A stretch of 64,000 nucleotides of DNA from Yuukianura sp. NJ FZ-2021 (taxonomy: Eukaryota): assembly GCA_046563655.1 (NCBI GenBank), contig CM102288.1, positions 6,076,001-6,140,000 on the forward strand, written 5' to 3'. This document shows, piece after piece, positions 1-14,870 of this stretch. Under the pieces are notes generated by a model. That model saw only the letters and a list, made by a program, of their open reading frames with translations. It did not search any database and was not told the DNA's origin. How positions within the stretch are numbered: position 1 is the first letter of the stretch; each line of letters begins with the position of its first letter. A program made the translations under genes and the position numbers.

Positions 1-7
1 CTCAAAA

Positions 8-2828
8 TTAGACATGTAACCCGTTTGTCCAGCGCCGTCCCTCCCGCAGTATCTCTGAGTTGACCAAGGACGGTGTTTGGGTATGCGGAGAGGGCGGAGC
101 CAGCATCGTAGGGGGAGGAGCCAGCATTGAGTTGATGAGGTCATAGGTTCCTCCAAGCGTTAGAGGCACAAAGTGATGTGAGTTCAACTCCCGCTCTTGG
201 AGATACTCGGGTTCAAATGTCGGTGGAGTATTGTTGTAAGTGGAATTCAAATTTTGAAAGTTGGCGCCATTTCGAGCAATGGGCGGAATCCACTCTGGAA
301 CGTCATAATTAAACGGAGACTCCGCCTGTCGCACCATCATCAAAGGAGGAGGTTCTGGATCGCTCTGAAATGTTTCAAAATGGCACCCATTTCGAAATTT
401 CTCAAAATCAATTTTGAGTTCAAAGGTTTCGAAATTTTAAAAACTCAAAAAAATAGAAAACAAAAAGAAATAGGAAAGTCAAGAGGAAAACACACAGCAG
501 GGGGAATTAAACCACAAATTGATTCTCGGAATTCAAAAAAAAAACCCAGGAAAACATCAAAGCATTTCCAATTTGAAACCAAAAAAAAAAAGCTAAGCGA
601 TGCTTGAAGTAGTTTTTTGCAACGATTTTTTTTTCAAAAACTGACCTTAAATTCGGTTCGCGTTTCCTTCGGAGGTTTTCGGATTCTACGAAAGCAGAGA
701 CATAGGAGTATGATGAGTAAAATAGTAAGCGTAAGCAAGGCTCCAAGACAAATGATCAAAATCCAGAGCCAGGATTGGCTGGGTACCAAAACTCCGCCTC
801 CAGCTCCGCTTCCTGCTCCAGCTCCACCAATAAGCGCTCCAAAATTCAAAGTTATGTTCCGCTCCACACTTCCAGCTGAAATTTACAAACAAAAAACACG
901 TTTTAGCGACAGAAATTTGAAATTCGAACGGCAAAGAATTTCCAGGAAATTTTTTCGCGTTTTTTTGAGCCTCAATATAATGTGAGCTGAGATAGCGCCC
1001 TCCATCCTTTGTAGAATGGAGCCTGATAGCCTAAGGGTTAGAGTGCTACCCGGATAGAAGAGCTATGGGTTCGAATCCCATTCGGTCCGTTATTTCTTTT
1101 TACACTCTAGTTCTTTGTCTGTCAAGTCATGTGACCCCTGAACGTAGCAGTAACAAGCTCACCTTTGTTTTCTCCAACACAAGTGTAGTCTCCGGCATCA
1201 CCAAAACTAGTTTTCGTAAAGGTCAAGTTGACCCAGCGGTCGCCCTCTCCGCTGACTTGCACAAAATACGGCTTCCCATTGGCTGTCGCCGTGCTGTTCG
1301 TCATTCCAATGGAATCCTTGATCCAGCGAACTTCCGCTGGAGGATTTGCTCTAACGAGACATTCCAGTCTCACTGCTGGTCCAATGTCGCCGGCGACATA
1401 CGTTCCTGATGTCGCCTGATGCCCACTGACCGTCACTGCCACGATTTCTGGAGGACAAGCAAAGTGTGAGGTAAGAAGTTGCGTCCACTCAAAATTTGCC
1501 AATCGGTCTGGTTGTGAGCACTTCGGAGGCTGGATTCCGAGGAGCTTGTTTCTTAGGGCCCAGTCCCTTAATCCCTGCAACTTACAGTCGCAGTGCCAAG
1601 GGTTGTCATGGAGACTAACAGCTTTTAGCTTAGACAAGTTTTCAAATAGGAGATCGCTCAGAGTGTGGAACTGGTTCCCACTGAGGTCAAGTTGCTCCAA
1701 AGAGGTCAACTGCTCAAAAGTTTTTGGCGGAATACTGCTTAAGTTACACCCACGAAGCGATAGTTTTTGAAAATGCTGAAGCGGCGGGAAACCGGCTCCG
1801 AGAAGGCGCGAAATCGGGTTTCCCGAAATTTGAAATTCCCGCAATCGGTCGTTTGTGTCGAACGAATCCATGCTCCACTCTTTAATGTTGTTGTCACCTG
1901 CAATTAAAAATAATTCCAATACATTGCATTGGTCCAATTACATAAGTCTTACGTAGTTATCAACAGAGATCCCAGAAATATTTAGTCCCCATCCTGTAAT
2001 GTTAACAAAATCAATATTTCGGGCTTTTTTGTTTGTAAATATTTATTGATTTTCCCATGCCCTTATAAAAATGTAAATACTTCAACGTTTTTCAATAAAT
2101 AAATTAAATATATAAATATTTCGGCTGTTTTTAGAAAATATTTCTGGGACCTCTGGTTATCAATTATCAAAGGCCGGAAAAGAATCTTCTAAAAAAAAAG
2201 GAATTTTCCTTAAATTATACTCTAAATTTCATATTAAATTTCTAGCTTTTTGAAATTTGGAATTTTCCTTTTATTTTTTTTTTAATTTCTGTATCTACTA
2301 AAGATTTTAAAGTCCTAAAAAATTTATGTTAATTTTCCGGCCTATGTTAATTTCTTACAGATAAGTTGTGCCTACACTTTGTACTTTGTTAATTTGTTAA
2401 ACATTATGCAAATTATAGTTTTTACATAAATTTTTTTTAAACGAATTTGAAATGAAAGTTGAACACTTACTTAAATCCAGTTCCACGAGTATCTTGAGAT
2501 CTGCAAATGCGTAACGCTCCACTCTAGCGATTTGGCAGTGCGTCATTTTTAGTTTGTGGAGATTCACTAACCCGGCATCACGAAAAGCATAGTTGCGTAG
2601 AGTCGAAATTGCATTTCCACGCAGATCCAGAATTTGCAACTCTTCGCTCAATCCGTTCGGTACTGTCGTGAATCCAGCATCACGACATTCTGCCGTCTTC
2701 CGTCCACCAATCCACATGCAAACACAGCCAGAAGGACAACCGTGGGTCCACTCAGCCACCGAGCCACCAAAAAGTCCCACCAAAACCAGCCCCACTAAAA
2801 TCCACTTTTTAAATTTCATACACCGCAT
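8..2828 (-). CDS. Kekkon-family LRR-Ig transmembrane protein (4 exons: 2828-2471, 1897-1163, 875-646, 364-8)
   Basis: Signal peptide, LRRNT (CPSGCVCMWIGGRKTAEC), LRRs, LRRCT (NPWHCDCKL...PPKCSQP), Ig domain (DAGDYTCVGENKAGSVERNITL), TM helix (WLWILIICLGALLTLTILLIILLCLCF) and Pro-rich tail. All GT-AG junctions keep frame. Confidence 0.9.
1019..1143 (+). mobile_element. tRNA-derived SINE-like repeat, family A (intron 2 of the Kekkon-like gene)
   Basis: A-box TAGCCTAAGGG, B-box GGTTCGAATCCC, T-rich tract and tail CAAGTCATGTGACCCCTGAACG shared with the copy near 59.4 kb. Confidence 0.75.
1964..2155. mobile_element. hAT-like MITE
   Basis: TIRs CAGAGATCCCAGAAATATTT / AAATATTTCTGGGACCTCTG; perfect 8-bp TSD GTTATCAA at 1956-1963 and 2156-2163. 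Confidence 0.85.
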
Positions 2829-5562
2829 TTTTCTTAATCACTTTCTGCAAAATTAGGCTTAAAATCCAGGCATGGCCATCAAAAAACCATTTCTCGCCAT
2901 TTTTTTTTTTCAAAAATGAAATGAAAAATGTGTTTTAGAAGAAAGTCTATGTTTCCCATTAAAGTTGTCACTTGTTGCACACGAGTGGCTTTGAAGCTGG
3001 ACTATTAATCAAAATGAGACAAGTTAAGTTGGCGGGAGGTCATTGACCTCAGAGGTCATTAATTTGAAAACTTTGAAATTTGAAAAGTCCCGCGTGCTAA
3101 TGAATTCTATTATTCAGTGAAGTGTTTTGTTGACTTTTGAGGAAACCTTGTCTCATTTCCATTTTCAGTTCCACACGCACATTCAACGATCCTCATCCAT
3201 AATTTGCGACGTCGCTGGAACTTCACACGACTTTAAAATTTGAAACACGCAAACCGCCGTTTCCATGTAACAAAGTTACTGAAGACTTTACACTTTTGAC
3301 GGAAGGTCAAACCATCACACTTCCTGAGGTCACACAATCCACTTTTGTCACTAGACGCTTCTCCAGGTCACAAACGTGATTTTGAGTTACACTTTACACA
3401 AAGTTACACTTTATGTCGTAAGTTACACAATCCGAATTTGCTGTTACTCACAGTTTATGTCGTAGATCACACAATTAGTCGCAATTGTCGCTAGTTATGT
3501 GTTTTAGAAGAGCGGTGACCTCTGACCTCTGCTCTAAAAATTGATTCCATTTCCATGTTCACAGTAAGACATAAAGTTGTTCAATGTTCAATGTTCAAAA
3601 AGACAGAATTTTTTTTGAAATTTTTTCTTTCGGAATTCTTGTTTCTGTTTCTGTTTTTTTTTCTTTTTTGAAAAACTGTTCCATGCAGCATGTGACTTGG
3701 AATGCAAAGTTATTTTTGTGTTTGCCAGTCCACTTGTGTTTTAAAGTGAAACAGAAAGCAGATGACCCCTGAGGAGCAGAAGACGTTTTAGAACTGAAAT
3801 CGATATTTTAGAACAAAGAAAAAAGTAACATTTGTAGCAGTTTTTGAAGCGTGGGATTTGTTCAAGTGTGTGCTGGAATGCGAGAGTGGAGGGGCATAAG
3901 GTCAACGTCAACTCAACCGAAAGGTCATGCAGACGAATTTGAAATTTGAATGACGAAGCTCTTCTTCTTCCCGCACTTTTCCAAGAAATCTGTTCAAAGA
4001 AGAGATAAACAGCAAATTAGTTCCGAGTAATTCCTAGCAAAAAAAAAAAAACGACCAAAAAAATTTCCCGCGGTAATAACTTTTCATTTCTTTAAATTTG
4101 TGGGGAGTTTCAAGTGCAAAATTTCCAAAGTAGACACATGACCTTTGACATTTTCTCACGCCACGCTTAAACATTTTTAAAAAGTTTCTTTTTTGGAAAT
4201 GTCTTTTTCAAAAAGTAGTTCTTTGAAAAGAGCTTAAGTGGATTAGTTCTTAATTGGTGAGATTTTAAGTTTAATTTACGGCTTCTTCCGAAGCCTTTCT
4301 TGGTAAATTTCGCCTCAAGGCGAAACGCAGAAGAAGAAACCTTTCAATTTTTATTGACTCACAAAACGCTTCTTCTTCTCTTCAGCTTAAATTTTCTGCT
4401 CCGTGCAGAACGAATTCAAGCGGAACAAAAATTTCTAGTGCTACAATCACCTACAGACACACACGAAACTTCAACCTTTTACAGATAGTCACGAAACATA
4501 AATTTAAGTCCACTTTTTGCTCAATTTCCACAAAATCAACAATTAGTTTCGCAAAATAATTATAAAACAAAACATAAACTAAACTAAACTATAAACTAAA
4601 CTAATTTGTTAGTGTTAGTTAAAAAGTAAAAAAAAAGTTTTAAATTTCTTAGGTAGCACGAACATACACTCAATTACACAAGTTGTATTTACATAAAAAA
4701 ATGCAGTAAACAGATGTAAGACAAAACGGAGTTAGAGAAGTAGCGAACACAAAAAACAAAATTTCAAATATAGAGAATAATTGTTTTTGAATTAGAGTGA
4801 AAGCATGGGTTATAAGTTAATTTAGGTTGGCTACATTAGTTACATTAGGAATGTTACACTAAGTTAGTATAGCATTACGAAATATTTAGTGTAACACTAC
4901 ACTCTTAACTCAATTTAAGATTGTATTGAGTTAGTTTTACTACATTACGATAGCGATACATAATCGATACCATTGCTCCCTGAACGGTTTTTTGATACAC
5001 TTTGCCCTAGACGTGCCAAAATTTGAAAATATTTGTGAAAATTTTTGTTGGGAAACTCGCAGCAGCCATCGAAACTTTTTTTTCGTTTTGTTCTAAACCC
5101 GGGAGGTTTCGAAATCTCCGGGGAGTCAGTTTACTTGTTTGAATCGTGTCATGAACAACAGCTTGTGACACAAATTTTCCCATTTTTTTTTCAAATTTTT
5201 TTTTTTCATTTTTTCCCCAAAATAGGGCGTATGATGAGTAAGTGGGATAGATTGTTAATTGTGTTGCATTGTGTATTCACCTGGCCCTTGTCTCAAAGTC
5301 AATTTATACTTATCAACCCCAGTCTCCTAAATACACAAATACAACATCCCATAATTCAAAAAAACAGGGAAAGCGGGAAATTAGGAAAATCCTAAAATGC
5401 ATCTGTCTCTGTACTTCGTAAACTGCTGGAAAGTAAATAGAAAAGCAACGGGTGGGAAGGAAATCAGAACAGAACATGAATCTATCAACAACGATTCATT
5501 AGGGACCACATACACACAATTAGAACAGCAAACAGTACCCCCCCCCCCCTTCTTTTCCAAAA

Positions 5563-5785
5563 CAAGGTTCTTCAACAAAAAGGAAACTTTTTCTACATCA
5601 GGTTTTCCAATAACTCAAACGTTTAAAGTGTGTTTGGAAGTAGCAAATCTGCCGTTCCATGGTAATTTTTTGCATGTAATGTAAACGGGATTGGCGCTAA
5701 AAATGCTTTGAAGCAAGACTTTTGAAAACCATGACTTATACGAAAACCTGTTGTAGAAAATACAGTCCGGTTGTCAGGGAACCTT
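5563..5785. mobile_element. MITE of the CAAGGTT-TIR family
   Basis: Starts CAAGGTTC and ends GAACCTTG with imperfect TIRs. A related left end is at about 8434, with related copies at 13.6, 30.5 and 58.1 kb. Confidence 0.6.
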
Positions 5786-8700
5786 GGTTTTAAAATAACT
5801 TTTGGAATCCATTTTGAAAGTCGTTTGAGAGGGAAGTGGAGCAGAACGAAAGTTGAAAAGCGGATTACGTGTGACCTTTGACCTGGGCGTTTGTGAAGAC
5901 TTGCTGCGTCTGGCGTCATGTCAACCTTACTATCTTCATCTCTTAGCTTTAATCTCTTCTCTGCGTCACTTTCATTACAATTTGCCGCTGGAAAATTTTT
6001 ATGCTTTAAAGAACAGTCACGCAGTGATCCACTAAATTATTCTAAGCTAAAAAGCTACTTCAGTTGAAAAACAAATGCTGCTTTGAAGCAAATTTAAAAA
6101 CGCAAACATAACAAAAAACTTGAATTCTGAAATGCAATTTTTAAAACTATGAACGAATTTTTTGATTGAAACAATTTTCAGGCAATGAAAATCTGAAAAA
6201 AGAGTTTTAGTCCCCTAAAGCCTAAATCTAAAATCAAAACTTTGGAGAAAAAAAAATTGAGTTGGATTTGACATCCTGAGTCACGGGAAAGTTCAAACTT
6301 ATTTTTTGACTTTTAGTTGATTCGGAAAACAGGAGTAATAAAAAGTAGTGAAATCAAAAGTTGAATTCCAGCTGCTCAGAAGTTGCTGAACGAGTTTTAT
6401 AAAGGCAATTAAGACTAAAGGCTTGAAACAGCAGACAGTAACGAAAACAAAAGCGGATTTTAATAAAAGCGTTGAAAACGACGTTACAAAAGTAGCGACA
6501 GTGACACAGTTTTCAAGAAGTTTTCAGAAGAAAAAAATCCAATTGTGGAAAGATGTTTTGTTTTTTACCGCTTTAGTTTATGCGTTACTCATGACAGGCA
6601 GACAGACAGATAGTGGGACGGACGGACAGACAAACAGAGGGACAAAGGTAAACCATAAAGTAGCTCCCGGCAGTTAATGATGAAGATTCTTCAAAACCGA
6701 AAGTTTACACAAAAACAGGAACAAAGACGTTAGAGAAAAGATGAAAATTTAGAAAGACAGAAGTGTGACGGCAGAGATTGTGATGCAAGTGTAATAAATT
6801 ATGAAGAGCTGCACTCCGAACAACTTAAAATTCATGTCAGAATTAAATTCTGAACGAGTCCTCTCCCAAATTTCAACACTTCTCTACTTTGAATTCCTAA
6901 ATTCAATTCTCAACTTCACAAATTCACACTTTAAAGTTTACCAAACCTCCAATTCCCAACTTTCCAAATTCTAAATTTTAGATTTCAGCTTTAGCTTTCA
7001 AAATTTTATAAATTTCGCGAAGGTTTCAGTAAATTTCTTTCTGTCTTACCAAAAATGTTAAATTGAGTTCAAGCTTAAAGTTTCCGGTTAATATTTCTTA
7101 CAGGGTGCGGCGTAAACTGAAAGGGGTCTCAGTAGGAGCTTTACGGTACTTTTACTACTTTTGTGGAACTTTACGGTACTTTTCTTCCGAAGAACGACCA
7201 CTTCCACGCCCTACCACGACCACTGCTCGTTCACAACTGAACCTCACGATCTCTTTTGCTTCTGGAAAAACGAAGATCATGCACAGGACAAACTGCTGCG
7301 CCTTTTCCACGCCACCCACCACACGAACAAAACAGTCTCCAAAACTGGTTTTCAAAAAAAAAAGTTTTCAAAAAAATTATGGAAAAGAAGTTTGGGGTCA
7401 GCGGGGTCGAATTATAAAAATTTTGCGTTTAAATACACCTGATTAGAAATAAATTCGTCTTAAGTTTCCAATTTTTTTTTTTTCAGCTTTTTGGTAGTTT
7501 TTGAAAATGTTTTGATTTGATCGGTTTTCCTTTTAAGAAAATCTCAACTTGCCCCGGGAATTTTGGGTGAAATTTTCCGAAATCGTTTTTCTTCTAGAAC
7601 ATGAAAGTATATATCGACATGACCTTTTGGAGAGAAAAGATTTATGTTTTTCCGTGCAGATGAAGTTGATGGGGCTTCTTCCTATTACTTCTGTCCGCCC
7701 TCCCGAAAACTGTTGTGTTGTCACAGGAACCACGAAGGCAGGGGATCGCTTCAACCTCCCCCCACCAGAAAAAAAAATAAACTTTTAGTTCCTTTCAACA
7801 AACAGTTTTCGGGTAGTACGTGCAGCAAAAAAGGCAGAAAACTTGAAAAACTTTGATAAAGGACCAAAATATGGTTCAAACTGACAGAAAAATTCCGACT
7901 TTTGATTAAAATCGAAACAATGCTGTCATAATTAGAAAAACATTGCAAAAAGTTCCTTCTTTTGTGCAATTTTTTTCCTACCATGTGCCTAACCAGCCAT
8001 TTTTTTGCGCTCCGCGTGTTCAAATCCTGTAACCATCAATTTTTTTTGAAAAGAAGTCTGAAAATGGAATTAATTGCAGAGTTACTCCAGCTCATTGCCC
8101 AAAGTGTCACAAAAAAAGAGTAAAAAGTGGGTATGAAATCATACCTATTAATTTCTTTGCAATTTTCGTAACCTTGGACCAAGTTTTACTCACCCAATTG
8201 TGCACAAAATTACTCCCTGCAGACAGACAACTGCACAACTCAACACTTTTGTTCCAAAAACCAGCAGATTAAGACTTATAGTCCAAAATTGCACACTTTC
8301 ACGCGTCACATAACTTGCACAATGTACAAAATTTAGCAAACTTATCAGAATTGATACAATAATTTCTAAAAATATCACACTTTTGTTAAAAAATTAAAAT
8401 TTAGTACACACTCTTTCTTCAAACGGGTACAACAAGGTTCGTCAACAAAACAAAAAACTTTTTTCCACATCAGGTTGTCTAATAACTGGAAGTTTTAAAA
8501 TTTGATAGAACAAAATCTGATCTTCTATGGTAATTGTTTGCACTTTCGTTTTAAACTGCAAGATTAATTTGACTTTTGACTTATACTTTCACACTTTTAA
8601 CTTTTAATTGCTGCGCATTGAGTCTAGCCCACTGTTAATGTTGGTTTTAACTTTGTGTTATTTTAACCTTTTAACATTAAGTTTAACCTGAACATAGGTT

Positions 8701-10485
8701 TTGCGTTAGGTTAGGAGTGTGGGAAGTAGCAGACTGAGGTAGGAGAGTGAAGTTGAAATGGAAGTAGGCTAGGAAAAGAGGGGGGAAACTCAATTAGGCA
8801 AGGATGGCGGTGGATCTGGTCCAAATTCACATTCACCCTCCAGCCACCAACCGAAAACACAAAAAATAGAAGCCATAACTCACGTTTCCACATGCATCTC
8901 AATCCAGGTGAGGTTTAGTGGCGGCAAATTTCAACTCCCTAAATCCTTCCCACAGGACACAGAAATATAAAAGAGAGGCAACATATACAGCGTGGTTCAC
9001 CTTTTTTAGAAACTGAAAATACTGTACTAAGAATGAAATTAGGTGTATTCCTAAGGTTTTTTAATTTTGGGTCACGGTGTACAACAGGAGACGAGGAAGA
9101 CGCTTAAACGTGCGGATTTGTGTGGAGTTGTTTTGGTTCTTCTGAGTTTGTGAGAGTAAAAGTTGTGAGGTAGAATTGAGATTTGGGGCAAGTTGAGACG
9201 TGTGCCTGCCAGCCAGTGGTTGAGGTTTCTGTGGCTTTCGTTTCCATGACTACGAATGCGGATCTCCCCAGGTTACGACTTGGCTAATTGGGAACAGGTG
9301 AGAAACTCACTTTTAGCCTCATCTTCACTAACACATAAACAGGAGGAGGATTAGAAATATCAAATTAAATATTTTAATTTAATATTTAAATTAAATATTA
9401 TTAAATAAATTCAAACTGAGGTGGAAAATTCAAACCATGATTCAAGCTGTTGCGGAAAATTAAAAATGGCAGATTAAAAGTCCATGCGGAAATTCAAAAT
9501 AGGGAGATTAAAAATATAGCGGGAAATTCAACATGCTGTGTTATGACAAGGTTTGTTAAGTTTCAGAATAAAAGAGATTAGTAACAAAACCCATTGTGTT
9601 ACACTGTCCTTCTCGCGTTTCAGTTTCAACCAAATTTTGAAATGGCGGGATTCTCAGAAAATTGCCGTCTTTTATATTCTATGTCAATTTAAATTCGACA
9701 ACTTTGAACATTTTCTCTCAGCAGCAAATTACTCGCTCATTTGAAAACGGAAATTAAAACCAAAATTTTCTGAAAACTTTTTGAATCCATAATTTAAAAC
9801 TGTTTCTACAAAGTGTGCGTTACGCAACATAGAACAAGTTTTTTCGTAAAAGTTGTGAACTTGTTGAAGATAAGACTTCGTCATGTGCGTATAAGTGCAA
9901 AGGCGCCAAAGTTTCAATTTAAGTTGCACAGTGACACGCAGAAGGCGGGAGATGACAGAAATTTGAAACTTTTTCTGTAACACTTTCATGATCAAACAAA
10001 AAAATTTGATCAAGTTTGATGAAATTTTGTTTCAGCATGGAGTTTTTCACGACGCTTAGATCCAATTACTTTCGCTTTTCTGCTTTTTTTTTCGTTTTTG
10101 ATACTTTTTGTGTTTTTTGCAAAATCAGAAATTGAATCCACTTTGAAAAGAAAAGTTGAAACCCGTTTTTTTTTAACAGGAGCAAAGGGCGGTACAGTTT
10201 AAAAGAAAGTCTTTATTTTTTTAAGTAAAAGTAAGAAAAAAAGAAGAGAAATTTTTAAATGATGCCGTTGTAGGCCTCTGGGCTGCTTTTTAGCCAAAGT
10301 TTGCAACAAAAAATGGCTTTTTTGTTCCAGAATTAGACGCGGTAAATTTTGAATTTGAAACTTTGCCTCCTCCTTGGTCCCACTAGAGTGCTTCTGGTGA
10401 ATGGACTCTTGAGAAAGTTGGAAGAAAGGAATGTGTGAAAGTGCAGGTATTCTGCTGGAGTAGGAGATCAGTTTACATTATTTCT

Positions 10486-10516
10486 GGAGGAGGAGGAGGA
10501 GGAGGGAGGAGGAGGA
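10486..10516 (+). repeat. (GGA)n microsatellite
   Basis: About 10 GGA units read directly. Confidence 0.9.
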
Positions 10517-13500
10517 AAGTCCATAAGTTGAAAACTCACACTTTTAAAATTTCCCGCTCCCATCCGGGTTTTGGCGCTCCGACAGTGTAATCAGTGCAAT
10601 TTGTAAATTATAGATGAACCTTGGCACATTTCACCTCCGTGCAATGCCCATCCTCAACGCTCCTCCATTTTTAAAATACATAAAATAGGTAGTTAGGCTG
10701 GCTGGAATGGAGTTGTGCAGAGGTGCGCAGGCGCAGATTGCTGCACGTAATTGCTAGCACACGAGTCCTCTGGAATTATTTCATACTTGTCCAAAAACTT
10801 ACAAAAAACGCAAGAAAGTTCTTGACGCATACAGCAGCACTGTTACACGGTTTACATAAACACAAAAATACAAACAAGACAACGTGAATTTTTCAAAATT
10901 TCTTATTAAATCTTTTATTAATTATCATGTAAGAGCATAGAAAAAAAGGACATAACATGTGAAAAACCGAATTTTGCTTTGACATCATACTGAAATAGCT
11001 TTTATTTTGTGTTGCATTGACCTTTGACATTGATTTGACTTTTGACCCGACAGTACTAAAGGTCACAAGGGGATTCACGTAAAACGAAGTGTGAAAAAAT
11101 TAGATTTGTTTAGGGATTTACGGAGAAAGGTCTCGTCATTCCTCATCACCAGAAATCTCTTGAGCAAAGATCCTCACAGAACTTTCTCTACGCTAAAAGT
11201 GATTTCTACGCATGCCCACCACAAAATTAGATCCTATCAGAGTCAATGTTAATTCAACATTAAGTTGGATTAATCCAACATCAAAATTGTTATTACGTTC
11301 ATTTTTAAAAGTCAAAACATAGGTAATCTTATAGTAAAACCTTTGTAATTTTATATGACCAATTTTTCAAAATTCTTGTAATACAAATTTCAAAATTTTG
11401 TAGAAATGGTGAAAAATTTGCATCTGAGCTTAGTATTTGTAAGTAAGTGTGAGATTGATTAGAACAGATTAAGTTAACATTTTTAAAATTTTTCAAAATT
11501 ATAATGAAATTTATTGTTTGTTGTTAGGATTATATTAAGTTTTGGAATCGTTAGACTTTTGATGAACAGTTTTGCAGAGAAATACAGTGAAATGGCGGGA
11601 TAATTTAAACCCAAAAGGGCGCCAAATGTAGGAAGTTGATTAAATCTGTTCGAAATAGGCCATGATAATCCTTGCTCCATCAGTCACCATTAGGTTCCAA
11701 GGGAGTGTAGACTACGGGAGGTCAATGACATTCCGCAAGATGAAAAGTTAGCTTATGTAGACCAAGTTAGGGGAAAAGCAAACAAAGTGGAATGTGACCT
11801 GGGACCAACCAGTTGGCTCACCAGTTGATTAAACCCGCTAAACTTCAAAGTTTAACGTAAACAAAAATTTCAACTTTCTCTCTTCACAATTCGCCCTCAT
11901 AAACTCAGTTTTATGAGGGCGGAGAAAGTTCAAAGAGAAAGCAACAAGTTCATGAACAGTCAAAAACTTTTTTCCGTAGTATTTCGAAGCATATGCTCTA
12001 AATGTGCATTAAAAATATTAAAAAAGTGCAACTCATCGTTTCCAAACTACAGGTTTGAAATTTTAAATTTTGTTTATAAACTTTTAAAATTTTTGTAAAT
12101 TTGTGAATTTTTGTTTCAAATTACTTTCCGACGTGGATTTTGATCGTGTCAGGGATCAACTGCGAGGGGTCGAAATTGCAGACGAAAACGAAATATATAT
12201 ACTTGAAAGCGTCTCATTTCCGGAAGTTGAGATTTGGGTGAAAGTAAAATTGAAAGTTAGAAGCATTATGTTAGAATTGAGCTGGGGAAAGCAGGAGAAA
12301 GTGATTCAGAAATGGACTTTCTCCCCTACGCCTCCAACCAGATAAGATACAGGCAGGGTAGCTCAGTTCCCCTCCTCCCTCTTTCTGCTGGGTGAAATTA
12401 GGTTTTTAAATTTTTGAGTTTTTGAACCGGGTTTTTGAATTTAAAAATTACAGTCGTATTCAGGAATGGAATGGGACGTAGCAATTCCTCATCCCGAAGA
12501 ATTTCCTTTCTTTCTTGCACATACAGTCGGTGTAAACCAACTGTGCGTCCATTTCAGCGCCCAGTGTTGGAAAAAACAGTTTAGGGTGCTGTCTAAACCT
12601 GGGAAAAGAGGGAAATAATAACACAGACCAGATTTTATAAAGTTGCGGAGCGAAGGAAGTTGGTAAGTTATTTTGTAGACAGGGAAGAAATAGGAAATAA
12701 ATTGAACCTCCCCTCATCTCCTTTAATTTACATGGAAATCCAACGTCAGCCATTTTTACAAAGGCTAATCAACTTCACGTATTCTTTACATGCAAATTCT
12801 TCTCAAATTCCGAAACCATAAAAACAGTTCTTAGAAAAAATAGACAGATTTTTTTTTAAAGAAGGAGTCTATTTTTTAAAAAAGCAGACTTCGCTCAACT
12901 TCAGTCTTCAAAAACAAACTTTCCGAGAATTCCGACCATTAGTCATCCCCTGTAGCCTCATCAGCGTTATTTTTTATGTCATGTGACATGACATGATAAA
13001 GATGACAGGTCATTGACATCCATTCCGACGCAGCCTAATGATCTTCGACAACTCTGAGGAATAGACAGGCCTTTTTTTAATTCTGAGGAATAGACAGGCC
13101 ATTTTTTCTCCAAAGTCAATGCGTCTCCTTAAGTTATAGCACTTTAAATTAAAAATTTTGCAATTAAAATTACTTTCGGTTAATTGACTATTCTTTGAAA
13201 CTCTTTTGCTAAAAATGGATTTTCGGCGGGAAATTTTGAAATTTCAGGAAATCGAAATGCTTCTCTACCTCCATCCAATTTTCTTGTAAATTTAACGCTC
13301 TTAGTTTCCAATGTTAAGTCATATATTATGATGTTATGGAGCAGAGCAGAGGTCAAAGGTCACAGATTTCTCCTGTGCCAAAACTTTAGCCGTTGGGGGA
13401 AGGAGTTTTAATTGGAAGCGTAAATGGTCCAGGAGGACTCTTTGAAGATTTATTTGTCCGTGGAGCACTTGAGCATAAAATTAGAATTTTGAAACAATAG

Positions 13501-13597
13501 GCAAAGTTTCCGTTCCGAAACCCGCACCTCCTCGGGTCTGCGTAGTTACATAAAAGTGAATGACTGCGTTAGATCAATTACATTAGTTATAAATATG

Positions 13598-13892
13598 CAA
13601 GGTGTCTTGACAACCAGATCCTTTTTCTTTATAGGCTAGACAATAACTCGATCCTAAAAAAAACGCAAAAATAACAAAGTCTAGAATCAACTTTGTTTAC
13701 GAGTTAAAAAAAACCATTTCAGCTAACAATTTAATTTTCTTACCAATTTTGACCTTCTGGTTCTTTTTTAAATTCAAATTGCCATGATGACAAAGAATGA
13801 ATTTGGATGAATTCAGTTTACGCAAAAAATTAGAAACTCGAGTTATTGTCTAAGCTGTTAAAGAAAAAGTATTTCTCTGTTGATCAACCTTG
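13598..13892. mobile_element. MITE of the CAAGGTT-TIR family
   Basis: About 50-bp imperfect TIRs (CAAGG...TTTTTCTTTA..GCT(T)AGACAATAACTCGA). Confidence 0.7.
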
Positions 13893-14870
13893 GTTACATG
13901 AAAGTAAATGACGGCTTTACATTAATTATATAAATTACATAATATGTAACATGTAGTTGATCTAATATGATGTAATGCTTAAAATTTGTATTGATCATCC
14001 AGGGAAAAGTGACTTTGGAGCTGGAATAGACACAAGTTGGTTCCGGTTGTTCCCAAAAGCATTGGTTGATTTTGGCGCGTTATTACGAAATTTGGAATCT
14101 CTTAACGAATCTCTCTTTTGGTCGGATTTCCCCAGAGTCTTCTTTCTGCCTTGATTATCTCCACTCGGTTTGTCCTTGGATCCTTTGACTCTAACTTATG
14201 GACTTCCAATGTCCAAACTCCCAAAACTTTCCCTTAATAACTAAATTTCAAAATTCAAAAGAGATTATTTCCTCTTTCTCCAAAAACTTTCACTTTGTCA
14301 TCCAAAACTTCCTTTTCAAACTTTGGTTTTGGCGGGAAACTTTGAAGACTTCTGGAATTTGGGTGACAATGACACTGAGGACGAGCAGAAGATTGCCCAT
14401 TAAGACACACACCACCAGTTCAAATGGCCAAGGTGAGGTTAACCTAACGTTAACACATTACTTCCGAATGAGGAAACTCCTAAACCTACCTCTAGCCTAA
14501 TCTTAGCCTAACCTTAACCTAATGGGCAGAGAGAGCAGAGTTTGGTCCAAATAAAAACATTCATGAGGCCATAACCCTTCGTCACGTCACTTATAAACGT
14601 CAGGTTTCAATTGACCGCGGAACAAAGTCGGCAACAGGAGAAAGTCTAAGCATTTTCATCTCAACTTTCACTCTTTCTAAACCATACACGAAATTGCAAA
14701 GAAAAAACTTTTGAAACTAATTATTTAAACTCTAGGTTTTTTTTCCAAATTTCAGTTTTAGATCACATTTTAGATGAAAAACAAAGAAAAGGAGGAGTGT
14801 TTTGTTGAAATTGTTTTGTTATTATTAAAATAAGATGGAAAACATTAATTGAGTGTTAAATGATTAGTAT

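Noticed and set aside
3584..14500. Numerous 60-130 aa ORFs in the large intergenic tract
   Set aside because: F/K/L/N-rich translations of AT-rich DNA, many with non-ATG starts, no motifs and no consistent exon chain.
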